Source: Candidatus Sericytochromatia bacterium | Lineage (GTDB): Bacteria; Cyanobacteriota; Sericytochromatia; S15B-MN24; JAQBPE01 | DNA: 64,000 nt | Assembly (NCBI GenBank): GCA_040400605.1 | Contig: JBBAPZ010000001.1 | Coordinates: forward strand, 59,981 to 123,980 | Direction of reading: 5' to 3' | Shown here: in pieces, positions 47,120 to 57,145 of the stretch | How positions within the stretch are numbered: position 1 is the stretch's first letter | How the letters are laid out: every line of letters starts with the position of its first letter | Notes under the pieces: model-generated | Databases searched by the model: none | The model's input: the letters and a program-made list of their open reading frames with translations, nothing else | Told to the model about the DNA's origin: nothing | Translations under genes and position numbers: made by a program

Positions 47120-47796
47120 AAAATACCTCCAATAAGCTTGACATACCGTCGCTGATTCCGTATGAAGGTCACGCCCCGGCTAGAAATCGATTCGACACGA
47201 CTGCCATCTTCCAGGCGATCGCCCACACGCGCCGTGATGCTTTCATCACGACCCTCCAGCATGCATATCCGCTCCGAACCCGTGCTCATCACGCCCCGCA
47301 CCAACCATTGTGGTTCAGACTCACCGGGCGGCTTGTCACCGGCAAACGGTATCGGTGTTTTCGTCAGTTGTGGTGTGGGCACCGCGTACGGGTCCAAAAC
47401 CGGTCGTACCGTTGGAACCGGAACCGGCGGTGCCACCGCCTTGATTAAACCAGGCGGGAGCTTGATCGATTGCTTCGCAGACTCGGGTGGAATGATTTCG
47501 GTGGCACTCGGGGGCATCAATGACACAAAGGGATCCACGCGACCAGACACCTCGACAGCCTTTGAACCCAACTCTCCCAGCGTGATAGCCCGAAAACCCG
47601 ATATTTTGGCCTTGGCCGACGAAAATTCAGCCGAACCAGCCTGAATCGCCACCTTGGTGCCAATTGCAGCCGGTGGGGGCGGTACCCGCGGCGCCGCCAC
47701 ACCCACTTCCACCATGGACAGGTTCCGGGCAAGCAACAAGGCCCCCAGTCCTGTTGAAGTCAATGCGGGTACAATCAACGCTTGCGAAAAATTCAT
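47116..47796 (-). CDS. PilP-like pilus assembly protein
   Basis: RVDPF motif, Pro-rich linker, C-terminal beta domain; located between pilO and pilQ. Confidence 0.65.
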   Translation of the reverse strand: MNFSQALIVPALTSTGLGALLLARNLSMVEVGVAAPRVPPPPAAIGTKVAIQAGSAEFSSAKAKISGFRAITLGELGSKAVEVSGRVDPFVSLMPPSATEIIPPESAKQSIKLPPGLIKAVAPPVPVPTVRPVLDPYAVPTPQLTKTPIPFAGDKPPGESEPQWLVRGVMSTGSERICMLEGRDESITARVGDRLEDGSRVESISSRGVTFIRNQRRYVKLIGGIL

Positions 47797-48569
47797 TGGA
47801 CCACCTCACCCTGCTTCAACACGAAGGCTGAAACCGTGAATTCCACCTTCAAAGAGTTTCGGTACGGTTGACCCAATACCGAACCTTGAACACCTGCCAA
47901 ACCAGCGAGCGGGGCACCGCCACCCAACTGCTGGTCAAGACTGTTGACTACCTTGAAAAGATCAGTCAACGCACGCCTCGAACGTATCTTTGGCACGTCC
48001 TTCCGCGCGATCGTCACCCCACTCACCGTCAGCTTGCGCTCATACTTGTTGATCTGATTGAAGAAGTTGATCAACTGCGGGTAGGTGCTGAATGCAGATA
48101 CCTTGATCGGAACCTCAAAAATATCACCTGAACTTTGGGTAACACCGCCGGCTGCAGCATCTCCCTCTGCGGCGCCTTGTGTCGGGGCGGCGTAAGCCCT
48201 GACCTCCGTCGGCTCAAAGGTCTCTACCTCGCTGCCAGAAGCCTTCGCCATCCGCTCGATGTCGTATAACAACACCGCAATCTGCGCCTCTGCGGGGATT
48301 CGTGAACGCAGCAGGGTAATTCTCTTTTGATAACCCGCAATCTCCGCCTTGATGACGTCAAACTGTTTCGCCCGCTCCATCAAGTTTTGGACCTGACCCT
48401 TTTTCTCTTCAACCTCAGCTTCCATCGCAATGGCGGCATCTCGACGCGCCACCAGACTACTTTCGGAAAAGTAACCCGCCCACGCCACGTAAAGCGCAGC
48501 GAACGCAGGCATCGCCAAAGCGACTGCGATGGTTGGAACTTCGTTGCCTCCAATGTTCAGGGTACTCAT
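47793..48569 (-). CDS. pilO: Type IV pilus assembly protein PilO
   Basis: TM helix, coiled coil, IPAEAQIAVLL, YPQLINFF; operon position. Confidence 0.8.
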   Translation of the reverse strand: MSTLNIGGNEVPTIAVALAMPAFAALYVAWAGYFSESSLVARRDAAIAMEAEVEEKKGQVQNLMERAKQFDVIKAEIAGYQKRITLLRSRIPAEAQIAVLLYDIERMAKASGSEVETFEPTEVRAYAAPTQGAAEGDAAAGGVTQSSGDIFEVPIKVSAFSTYPQLINFFNQINKYERKLTVSGVTIARKDVPKIRSRRALTDLFKVVNSLDQQLGGGAPLAGLAGVQGSVLGQPYRNSLKVEFTVSAFVLKQGEVVQ

Positions 48570-48577
48570 CCGTTCCT

Positions 48578-49159
48578 CTACGACTTCTTTTGTTGCGTGC
48601 GCATGCGCGCCGTCATTTCAAAACTCACTATACCGTCCGTATTCCTGGTGTTTTTCAAGACCGGGGATTCAAAATGCGAAGAGGCATCAAGGTTGCGTTG
48701 CAAATAGGCGACGGCTTCAAAGTCCAGTGCCAGGCCACTGATGGCAATGTCACCCGCAGGGTCGCTGACCTTAAAGCCCGAATACCACAAATTGGCGGGC
48801 GTCAGGTTTCGCAACTCATTCAGGCGATCGCCCCACGACGGCGTCACACCGGCCACAGACTGCAAACTGTTGTACTGAAGCGCGAGCGTCTCTTTCTGTT
48901 TGCCGATTCGCTCAAGCTCACTCAAGGTCCCCTCAAACTTTTGAATTTCGGCTTCAACGTCCGTCTTGGCCTGTAACGTACGCGCCTCCCACCCATCCAG
49001 ATAAAACAGACTGATCGCGGTTGGAATCAACGCAATCACGATTGCAGCAAGCAACCCCGCTCCCAAAGGGACAATTGCATCCGGATCGAGACCGCCGCCG
49101 CCACCTGTTTTTTGCCCCCGCAGTTCGTCCGGCAAAAGGTTGATGTTAATCATGGTCAT
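48578..49159 (-). CDS. pilN: Type IV pilus assembly protein PilN
   Basis: ININLLP motif, TM helix, coiled coil, TPANLW. Confidence 0.88.
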   Translation of the reverse strand: MTMININLLPDELRGQKTGGGGGLDPDAIVPLGAGLLAAIVIALIPTAISLFYLDGWEARTLQAKTDVEAEIQKFEGTLSELERIGKQKETLALQYNSLQSVAGVTPSWGDRLNELRNLTPANLWYSGFKVSDPAGDIAISGLALDFEAVAYLQRNLDASSHFESPVLKNTRNTDGIVSFEMTARMRTQQKKS

Positions 49160-50253
49160 GTGCCAGCCAACCCCCTCATGGACAAACCAATCGCCGTTAC
49201 ATAGGCCGGCGCCTGCGCTTCATCCACAGCCTCATCGGCAAAGTCAACGGCCGTCAACGGATTGGCAACAACCACTTCAATGCCGAGTCGACTCGCCAAA
49301 AAACGGTCAATACCCTTCAGTGTGGCACCCCTGCCGCAAATCATAATACGATCGATCGCACCCCCACCCTGATTCATATAAAACTCTAAAGATCGGCTGA
49401 TCTCGCCCGTCAACTCCGACAAAGCCGGCCGCACAATTTCAGTCGCTTGTTCCACATGCGGGGGCAGCTCATCATAGCCCTGCGGCTCCATATCAATCTG
49501 GTCCCACAACTCCCGCGCAGCATCCTCATCAATTCCGAGCGAACTGATCAAGTTATCCAACATGTAGCCACTGCCAATCAACACGCTGCGATTAAACCTC
49601 GGCGCCCCCCCGGAAATCACCATAATATCGGTCGCCGGTCCCTGAACCAACAACACCGCCACACTCTGGGTATCATCGATGTAGTTCATGTTCTCGAGTG
49701 CACGCATCACCGCAAACGATGAAACATCGACGCAGTTCAGGCTCAAACTCGCTTCTTGTGCTGCGTTCAGGTACGAATCCACCAAATGTTTTTGAACGGC
49801 CACCAGCAACACATCCAGCTGCGGGTTTCCACCATCGTCCGTGCTGTTGCCAACAATCTGCGAACTGATGTTCACATCATCCGGAGAGAACGGGATATAA
49901 CGCTCCGCCTCCGTCAATAAAAACGTTTCGAGTTCGTCTGTCTCCATCAATTCCGTGTTAATGAGGCGGATGATGACACTCTGTCCGCCAATGGATACAA
50001 CTGCACGATTTGAGGTAATACCATTATCCTCCAAAATGCCTCGAATCACTTCGCCAACCCCTGCGGGATCGGTAATCTCCCCATCTTGAAATGCGTCAGG
50101 CGGCATGGGCCCCCACGCCAGTTTTTCAACGACATAGCCCTGTTTGGTTTGCCCAACCAATGCCACCAAAATGGCATCCGTCCCGATATCAAGACCGATA
50201 ATGCCCTTCCGTTTCGGCAAGAGCTTTGCTTTGAGCGTATCTAAAAATCCCAC
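49156..50253 (-). CDS. pilM: Type IV pilus assembly protein PilM
   Basis: GLDIG, EAERYIPF, EISRSLEFY, GRGA, AIGLSMRG. Confidence 0.9.
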   Translation of the reverse strand: MGFLDTLKAKLLPKRKGIIGLDIGTDAILVALVGQTKQGYVVEKLAWGPMPPDAFQDGEITDPAGVGEVIRGILEDNGITSNRAVVSIGGQSVIIRLINTELMETDELETFLLTEAERYIPFSPDDVNISSQIVGNSTDDGGNPQLDVLLVAVQKHLVDSYLNAAQEASLSLNCVDVSSFAVMRALENMNYIDDTQSVAVLLVQGPATDIMVISGGAPRFNRSVLIGSGYMLDNLISSLGIDEDAARELWDQIDMEPQGYDELPPHVEQATEIVRPALSELTGEISRSLEFYMNQGGGAIDRIMICGRGATLKGIDRFLASRLGIEVVVANPLTAVDFADEAVDEAQAPAYVTAIGLSMRGLAGT

Positions 50254-50275
50254 ACCAAGTACCCCGTTGCCCCAA

Positions 50276-51283
50276 TCACTGTATCGAATACAAATTACTG
50301 ATCAAGCGCGTGACATCCTGTCCGTAAAATAACGCTCCCACGCCACCCAATACCAATGACGGCCCAAACGGCATCTCCAGAAAATCATCATCGCGTGCAT
50401 ACTTCATCATCAGCCAACCCGCACACGCACCGAGAAATACCGAGAACACCCCAAGACTCACCTGCGTCATCGAACCAGAACCCCAAAGACCTCCAGCCGA
50501 TAACCCGCGTGCTTCCTTCCAATACATAACCACAGGCCACGACGCCACGTAAGTGACAATGCCCACCAACGATGCACATAAAAAAGGTTGCCACACCCGC
50601 GCTTGGTACCATTTGAAAAACAGCAGTGCCAAGCCGATCACAGCACCTGCCAGGACCGCCAAAACCAATGCCACACCCGTCGCACCCAGACCTAACCAGG
50701 TTCCGAGCATCGCAATCAACAGAAAGTCTCCTTCGCCGATGCCGTCACGACCAATCAACAACAACGTGACGGAATTAATGAAAATCAAAATGCTGGCACC
50801 CGCGAGCGCTCCGGCTACCGCCAGTAAAAAGTTATGGTTGACGATCGCGCTGTAAATCAGTCCGAGGGCGATGCCAGGAATCATCATTTCATCCAAAATG
50901 ACCATGTGATCGATATCAATCCAAAATGTCACAATCAGCAACGCCATCAGCACGCATAAAAAAATTAATTGAGTACCCATCCCAAAGTGCCAATAAACCA
51001 ACAAAAACAAAACGGACGTCGCCACCTCATTCAGCGGGTAGCGCCAGGAGATGGGCATGGCACAGCTCCGGCAGCGCCCTTTTTGCAACACAAAACTCAA
51101 CACGGGGATATTCTCCAACGCACCCAGCGCATTGCCGCAGCCGGGACAGCGTGAGCCCGGCCACACAACAGACTGTTCTCTGGGCCGCCTGTAAATCACC
51201 ACGTTCAAAAAACTGCCAACCAACAAGCCGACCGTGACAATCAAGACGGGCCCAACCCAGGCATCCAACACCTCAATTGACAT
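50276..51283 (-). CDS. pilD: Prepilin peptidase/N-methyltransferase
   Basis: GSFLNVVIYR, SRCPGC, GRCRSC, IDIDH, GEGD, PFGP. Confidence 0.93.
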   Translation of the reverse strand: MSIEVLDAWVGPVLIVTVGLLVGSFLNVVIYRRPREQSVVWPGSRCPGCGNALGALENIPVLSFVLQKGRCRSCAMPISWRYPLNEVATSVLFLLVYWHFGMGTQLIFLCVLMALLIVTFWIDIDHMVILDEMMIPGIALGLIYSAIVNHNFLLAVAGALAGASILIFINSVTLLLIGRDGIGEGDFLLIAMLGTWLGLGATGVALVLAVLAGAVIGLALLFFKWYQARVWQPFLCASLVGIVTYVASWPVVMYWKEARGLSAGGLWGSGSMTQVSLGVFSVFLGACAGWLMMKYARDDDFLEMPFGPSLVLGGVGALFYGQDVTRLISNLYSIQ

Positions 51284-51629
51284 TCACCCCATCCTTTACG
51301 CAACGACTGACTAAAGCGCGCCCGAGCGGCTTTGGCCCGTCATCATGCACATACCCGACACAGGGAGCATCCAACTGTAAAGAATCTTGATCTTTTATGA
51401 ACGTCCGCTTGGTTTGCTTCGGTTAACGTCCATAACTCAAGGCAGCGACTCAAGGTGTTTCAATCGCACAAAGTGGCGAGTTCATTAACGTGCCTTCTGG
51501 TATTCGAATAGCCGAAAACGAGAATACCAAACGGTGACGCAAGGGTTGCTGGCCAAAGGACTAAGCAGTTCCAAATTTTCGACAAATTGAAGAATTGTTT
51601 TCAACAACAGCCAGTTATCTGAGGTCCAA

Positions 51630-52364
51630 TCACTGCTTGTCCATATCGGCCCGCGCCGATACGTCTCGAGGCTTCTTTCGAAATGCCGGTTTTCGCAAAC
51701 CTGCCATTTCTTGTTGAATCCGGGTCACGTTGCGCTTGGCGATCGCAATCAAACTCTTATCACCTTCCGCCTCCGCACCTTTCAGGACACTTTGCCACAT
51801 GCCAAGCGCCAGCGCATCTTGACCCTCCGTCTGATACATCCGCGCCGCCATCGTTCTGGCAAAGCGCGATGCATTGGGCTTCTTCGCACTGCGCTCAAAA
51901 CAATTCGCAGCAGCTTGATGGTCTTTGGCAAAGGCAAAATTTACAAAACCGGCCAGGTAAGGGTAATTGTAATCATCGGGATTGTTCTGCTCTCCCCACC
52001 TTAGCATGGTGATTGCCGCATCCGGTTCGTGGCTGTCACCCAACGCAAACGCGCCAAGCCAATAAGCAAACCAGAAGTGACTATCCAACCGGGTGATCAG
52101 TCGAAAGGCTGCCGGCAGGTTCATAAACTTATGATCGTCGCTGACCACCCGGTCACCGTAGTACTGCAACAGGCCGAGCCACAAACCATCCGCGATCAAA
52201 TTATCAAAGCCCGACGCTGCTTCAGTTACCAATTTCTCAGGCGGTACGAATAAGATGTTGTACTCAACCGAAGGTTCCGGCAAAGACTCGATGCGCCAGT
52301 TCGACGCAGCAGCAAGACCTGCAGCCAAAACGCCAGCAACGACCCACTTGACGACGCTCGCCAT
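51630..52364 (-). CDS. TPR-like protein resembling the deltaproteobacterial PilG/Xap accessory protein
   Basis: N-terminal TM segment, ADGLWLGLLQYYG block, TPR-like helices; follows the pilin-linked ABC genes. Confidence 0.6.
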   Translation of the reverse strand: MASVVKWVVAGVLAAGLAAASNWRIESLPEPSVEYNILFVPPEKLVTEAASGFDNLIADGLWLGLLQYYGDRVVSDDHKFMNLPAAFRLITRLDSHFWFAYWLGAFALGDSHEPDAAITMLRWGEQNNPDDYNYPYLAGFVNFAFAKDHQAAANCFERSAKKPNASRFARTMAARMYQTEGQDALALGMWQSVLKGAEAEGDKSLIAIAKRNVTRIQQEMAGLRKPAFRKKPRDVSARADMDKQ

Positions 52365-52367
52365 AAC

Positions 52368-53132
52368 CTAGAACTCTCGTTTGTGAAAAATCACGGCGGC
52401 CACACAAAACAGCCCAAGGCTATACACCAGGCTGTAGGCGATCGCCAGACCCACCTGCTCAAACCCGGCGGTGTACCCGTACACGACACGGTTCTTGATG
52501 TCAAAATGCGTCAAATTCGGTAACACGACATAGTAGGCACCCAACAGCAACTCCCGCAAACCAGGGGCCGCCTTCTGTGCCAAAAGCTTGAAAGTCTGCG
52601 CGTTGTGCCCGTAAAAATACATGGCAAACGCGTACAACATACTCAGTACCGGCGAACTGAAAGTCGAGAACAACAAGGTCATGGTCGTCAGTACGATCAA
52701 TTCCAACCACGAGAACATGATGGCCTGAAACAGACCCACCTCAACGGGTACTCCCAAGAAAACAAGCAAACCTAAATACGCCAAACCCATCAAAATGGTC
52801 AGCATGGTCAAGGTGGTCATCAAACCAAGTAACTTGCCAACCAGGAATCGGGCGCGATTGACCGGCTTGGTCAACACAACAAAAACCGTGCGCTTGTCCA
52901 GCTCCTTGTGCACCAAACTGGTGCCCACAAAAATTGCGATGACCACCCCGAAAAAACTCACCGACGCTAGCCCGAGGTCCTTGATAATCTTGATATCCTG
53001 CCCCGCTGATAACTGCCCCAACAAGATCGAAGCAACAATCAACAGTACGGCAAACACAAGAATCGCATTCAAGATGCGATCACGAATTGTTTCAAGAAAA
53101 GTATTGCGCGCAATCGCAACAATCTGATTCAT
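52368..53132 (-). CDS. ABC transporter permease (PilI-like)
   Basis: IARNTFLETIRDR, KELDKRTVFVVLTKP, LPNL, C-terminal FHKREF. Confidence 0.85.
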   Translation of the reverse strand: MNQIVAIARNTFLETIRDRILNAILVFAVLLIVASILLGQLSAGQDIKIIKDLGLASVSFFGVVIAIFVGTSLVHKELDKRTVFVVLTKPVNRARFLVGKLLGLMTTLTMLTILMGLAYLGLLVFLGVPVEVGLFQAIMFSWLELIVLTTMTLLFSTFSSPVLSMLYAFAMYFYGHNAQTFKLLAQKAAPGLRELLLGAYYVVLPNLTHFDIKNRVVYGYTAGFEQVGLAIAYSLVYSLGLFCVAAVIFHKREF

Positions 53133-53884
53133 CGGCCAATCGCCTCCGCCTCTTCGATGGTGCGCACAAACACATCCTCCAACGATTCGCGTCCATCACC
53201 GGTCAACGCACCCACCGTACCCGACGCCACCAAACGCCCCTTGTGCAAAATCGCCACCTGGTCGCACAACTCCTCGACATCAACCATGATGTGCGAGTTA
53301 AAAAACAGGGTCTTACCCTCTGCTTTCAGCGTTTTGATGATCCGCCCGATCTGCTTGTGGCCAAGGGGATCCAAACCACTGGTTGGCTCATCCAAGAAAA
53401 TCAGTTCCGGGTCGTTGATCAACGCCTGCGCAATGCCGATGCGCTGCAACATGCCCTTCGAATAACGCCGCAATTGCGTCTCGGCCGCACTGCTCATCCC
53501 GACCAGCATCAATAACTCATCGATTCGCTGATGCTTGGCAGCCCCGCGCATATCAAACAACGCCGCACAAAACTCCAAAAACTCGCGCCCGGTCAGGTAA
53601 GTATAAAAATACGGGTTTTCAGGCAAAAAACCAACCCGCGCACGCACCTCGGGATCATCAGGTTCCCCGCCCAAAACCCGCACAGACCCTGAGCTTGGCC
53701 GCAACAAACCCAAGAACAGCTTTTGCGAAGTCGTTTTTCCCGCACCATTTGGTCCCAAAAGACCAAAGGTCTCGCCCCGCCGCACCTTGAAGCTCACGTT
53801 GTCCAACGTGGTCACCCGCTTGCGCGGAAAACTGGTGTAGACCTTTGTCAATCCAACCGCTTCTACTATCCAATCATCCATCAT
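53129..53884 (-). CDS. ABC transporter ATPase (PilH-like)
   Basis: GPNGAGKT, GFLPENPYFY, YSKGMLQRIG, LDEPTSGLDP. Confidence 0.9.
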   Translation of the reverse strand: MMDDWIVEAVGLTKVYTSFPRKRVTTLDNVSFKVRRGETFGLLGPNGAGKTTSQKLFLGLLRPSSGSVRVLGGEPDDPEVRARVGFLPENPYFYTYLTGREFLEFCAALFDMRGAAKHQRIDELLMLVGMSSAAETQLRRYSKGMLQRIGIAQALINDPELIFLDEPTSGLDPLGHKQIGRIIKTLKAEGKTLFFNSHIMVDVEELCDQVAILHKGRLVASGTVGALTGDGRESLEDVFVRTIEEAEAIGR

Positions 53885-53893
53885 CGTTATCCC

Positions 53894-53935
53894 AAAAAAA
53901 ACCTGGAGCGTGCCACAAAACTGAGGCTCGCTCCA
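53894..53935 (-). terminator. Intrinsic terminator after the pilin gene
   Basis: Minus strand TGGAGCGAGCC...GGCACGCTCCA followed by GGTTTTTTTT. Confidence 0.7.
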
Positions 53936-53990
53936 AATGAATTACAACAACCAGAAAAGACTTTTCAAGTCACCAAACCTCACGCCGAGA

Positions 53991-54617
53991 TTAGCCGCCA
54001 TTCGAGGCTTTGGCCGCCTGTACAGCATCACGGTTACGCTTGCCAGTGCCGTACAACACATAAGTCTGGGCATTGACATCGTAATCATACATCATGGCAC
54101 CAAAGTGCAAGGACGCCGTTGGACGCTGGGCAGGCCCAACACCAGGAGGCACCAAACCTGCATTCGCGGCGCCAAAACGCGTGTTATCCGGAGCAAAACT
54201 CGCGCCTGTCGCAATCTGGTTGGCAGCTACCATCGGCGCAGCTGTTGCAATGGTTACCTGTTGCTCACCCCCACCCCACGGTGCCTTCGGGAGTCGATTG
54301 CCTGGCAGATAATTGTTTTGACGGATACCGTTTGTACTGGTTGCTGCAGCCCAGACGCTTTGTGCAGGCGGGAAGTTTCCGTTGTTGTCAACAGCGAACT
54401 GCTCAAGTGCCATTTTTACCGTACCGATATTCGCGACCACCGACGCATTACGGGCCTTGTCCTGCGCGCCGATAAACGACGGCAACGCAATCGAAGCCAG
54501 AATGCCGATGATCACAACGACGACCAGCAACTCAATCAAGGTAAATCCCTTACGAGACTGCTTGGCCAATCGGCGGATCATGCTTTGCGCCAAAACGACG
54601 CGGGTTGTTTCTAACAT
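53991..54617 (-). CDS. pilA: Type IV major pilin
   Basis: Basic 24-aa leader ending KG|FTLIELLVVVVIIGILASIALP; AAGGAG RBS; own terminator; mature protein lacks Cys. Confidence 0.8.
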   Translation of the reverse strand: MLETTRVVLAQSMIRRLAKQSRKGFTLIELLVVVVIIGILASIALPSFIGAQDKARNASVVANIGTVKMALEQFAVDNNGNFPPAQSVWAAATSTNGIRQNNYLPGNRLPKAPWGGGEQQVTIATAAPMVAANQIATGASFAPDNTRFGAANAGLVPPGVGPAQRPTASLHFGAMMYDYDVNAQTYVLYGTGKRNRDAVQAAKASNGG

Positions 54618-54730
54618 TTTGGATAGAACTCCTTTCGCTTGCTCTCCAAAAACCATCTGTTGTTAGTTTCCCAGATACTGCACCATTTTAAACAGAAAAA
54701 ATTGAATACTTTGTGATTGGCTGCCGCTCA

Positions 54731-56773
54731 TCAACGCGCACGCTCCAATTGAAACACCTGAACGCGCGAGTTACCGCGATCTGACACATACAACAGATCA
54801 TCAGGCGCCCAGACGATCCCCTCTGGTCCAGCCAATTCGCCGTCTTGCTTCCCTTTGTGTGAAAAAACTGACGTGGGTTGCCCATTTGGACCCAGTACCT
54901 GAATCCGATGGTTCAATGTATCTGCCACGTATAGCGTACCGCCCGGATCCACGCACATATCCCGAGGAACACTGAACTCACCTGCCCCACCCCCACGCCG
55001 ACCATACGAGGTCTTAATTCGTCCACTTTCATCCAGCAGGTGCACCTTGCATTGCGCATAGTCGAGTACAGCCAAACCCCTATCCGGCATTAGTGCCAAG
55101 CCCGACGGTGATCCCATGCCACCATCCGCACTGAATGATCCCATGTGGGCCAGGTTTTTAGAATAAACACACACGCGGTGCGCATTCGGTTCAGAAACAA
55201 AAATCTGGCCCGCGCCATTGATAACCATTCGGCCTGCAATGACCGACGCATCCGTTGCCTTGCGCCGTCGATCCCAGATCTGCGTTTGACGACCGTCCAT
55301 ATCAAAAATGAAAACCCGGTAATCAAGTTCATCGATGATAAAAATCTGATCATTACCGGGCGTGATCGCAACCGTCCGTGGAAAGCGAAAACTATCACGC
55401 CCTGATGCGGGTTTGACTTCCCGAATCAACGTCCCGTTTGGTGCAAAAACCTGCACACGACCGTTCTCTGTGTCAGCCACGTACAAATTCCGGGCGCCAT
55501 CCAGGGCAAGTCCTCGTGGCTGCTGAAACGAGCCAGCCGTAAACCCGACCGTCCCGATGCATTTCAAAAATCGCGCACCCACCACGGGGCGATTTAAATA
55601 ACCCGAGTCCCGTTCCCGCAGCCGACCGCTCGGAGTGGGTCGAGCAGGAGCACCGTGCCCTGTCAGGTGCCCCAACGGCCCCGAACCACTTCGCGTTTGA
55701 CGCATGTCATCTGCGACCGCCGGTCCCAATGGCCCGGTGTGCCGCGGCAAGCCGCCAGACCCGACGCCAGGCGTTCCCGGACGGGACAAAGGCCCCGTCA
55801 TCCGTTGCCCGGCACCACCCTCCGTTGCCGCTTTCAACCGGCCACACTTGGGGCACGGTCCCTGTCCGCCAGGGATTCCTGCACCACATTCCCGACATGT
55901 CACAACATTAAGCTGCACATTACGAGGCGCGGTAGCCGCATCACTCCGAATCGCATTGGATAATGCCTGGCCCATTTCCGACGCGCGTGGGAAACGCTCG
56001 TCAGGATTCTTGCGCAAGGCTCGCATGATCACCGCCTCCAGTTTCGCCGGGATGGCAGGATTCATTTGACGCGGCGGCACAGGCTCCTCACCCATGATTT
56101 TCATGATGGTTGCCCCCACGCTGCCCGAATCAAAAGGGGTTCGAAGCGTCAGCATCTCGTACAGCATCGCACCCAAAGAAAACAGATCCGATCGCCCGTC
56201 CACCAACCGGGAATCACACAGCTGCTCAGGCGATATGTAGGCGATGGTACCCAACGTCGTTCCCGCCTGCGTTAACTTGGACACTTCGCCGACATGTCGT
56301 GCGACACCAAAATCCATCAACTTGATGGTGCCGTTTTCCAGCATGAATACATTGTCTGGCTTGATGTCCCGATGAACAATCTTGTGGGCATGCGCATAAT
56401 CCAAAGCAGCGCACACCTGATTGCCGATATCAATGGTCTGCTCCACGCTGAAAGTCTGACGCCCATCGATGTAATGCTGTAAATTGTTGCCTTCAAGCAG
56501 TTCTAACACCATGTAATGGCTGTTACCATGCTGGAGGTAGTCGTAAACCGCAACGATGTTCGCATGTTGCAACTTGGCCGCCGCCTGTGCTTCGCGTTTG
56601 AAACGTGCCACGACCGTTTCTTTGTCATCATCCAGCACCTGACCCGCTATCAACAACTCTTTGACTGCTACGCGTCGATTCAGGCGGTGATCCTGAGCGA
56701 GGTAAACCACACCCATGCCACCACGGCCGAGTTCCTTCAATAGTTCATAATCGCCAATGACCGTGTTAGCCAC
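54731..56773 (-). CDS. Ser/Thr protein kinase with zinc ribbon and C-terminal NHL beta-propeller
   Basis: GRGGMGVV, VAVK, HRDIKPDN, DFG, YISPE; CRECG...CPKCG; NHL repeats (PRGLALD..LYVADTENGRVQVF and others); no TM segment. Confidence 0.92.
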   Translation of the reverse strand: MANTVIGDYELLKELGRGGMGVVYLAQDHRLNRRVAVKELLIAGQVLDDDKETVVARFKREAQAAAKLQHANIVAVYDYLQHGNSHYMVLELLEGNNLQHYIDGRQTFSVEQTIDIGNQVCAALDYAHAHKIVHRDIKPDNVFMLENGTIKLMDFGVARHVGEVSKLTQAGTTLGTIAYISPEQLCDSRLVDGRSDLFSLGAMLYEMLTLRTPFDSGSVGATIMKIMGEEPVPPRQMNPAIPAKLEAVIMRALRKNPDERFPRASEMGQALSNAIRSDAATAPRNVQLNVVTCRECGAGIPGGQGPCPKCGRLKAATEGGAGQRMTGPLSRPGTPGVGSGGLPRHTGPLGPAVADDMRQTRSGSGPLGHLTGHGAPARPTPSGRLRERDSGYLNRPVVGARFLKCIGTVGFTAGSFQQPRGLALDGARNLYVADTENGRVQVFAPNGTLIREVKPASGRDSFRFPRTVAITPGNDQIFIIDELDYRVFIFDMDGRQTQIWDRRRKATDASVIAGRMVINGAGQIFVSEPNAHRVCVYSKNLAHMGSFSADGGMGSPSGLALMPDRGLAVLDYAQCKVHLLDESGRIKTSYGRRGGGAGEFSVPRDMCVDPGGTLYVADTLNHRIQVLGPNGQPTSVFSHKGKQDGELAGPEGIVWAPDDLLYVSDRGNSRVQVFQLERAR

Positions 56774-57107
56774 CCGTCACCCCACCCGTCACGTGCGCGC
56801 AACAAAAATGAAGCGTTGTATTTCCAACGAGAACCTCATCGCCGTCTTGCAACCATTCACCTCGAACCAATGAGCGACAATTCAAAAAAGAACCATTTTC
56901 GCTGTTGAGATCACGCACCTGCCACTTGTCAGCCTGCCTTGATATCACCGCGTGGCGGCGGGATACAAAGTGATCGTCAGCAATCACCAGATCGTTGCAG
57001 CCGTCTCGACCAATCCAAAACAACGGGCGTTCGATCCAATACGTTCGCCCAAGTCTGACATCCATTAGACAAGGCGCCTTCATTTTCAGGCTATCTTCCT
57101 TCCGCAT
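56766..57107 (-). CDS. FHA domain protein
   Basis: IGR, VSRRHA, DLNSENGSFLN, LQDGDEVLVG. Confidence 0.9.
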   Translation of the reverse strand: MRKEDSLKMKAPCLMDVRLGRTYWIERPLFWIGRDGCNDLVIADDHFVSRRHAVISRQADKWQVRDLNSENGSFLNCRSLVRGEWLQDGDEVLVGNTTLHFCCAHVTGGVTGG

Positions 57108-57145
57108 CTCGCACGCCCAACGGTGTCAGCTACCCACTTCACCCA

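Noticed and set aside
53991..54617. Pilin as a conductive e-pilin or T2SS pseudopilin
   Set aside because: It is long, with large aromatic-free gaps, and its context (pilD, pilMNOPQ, own terminator) fits an ordinary major T4a pilin.
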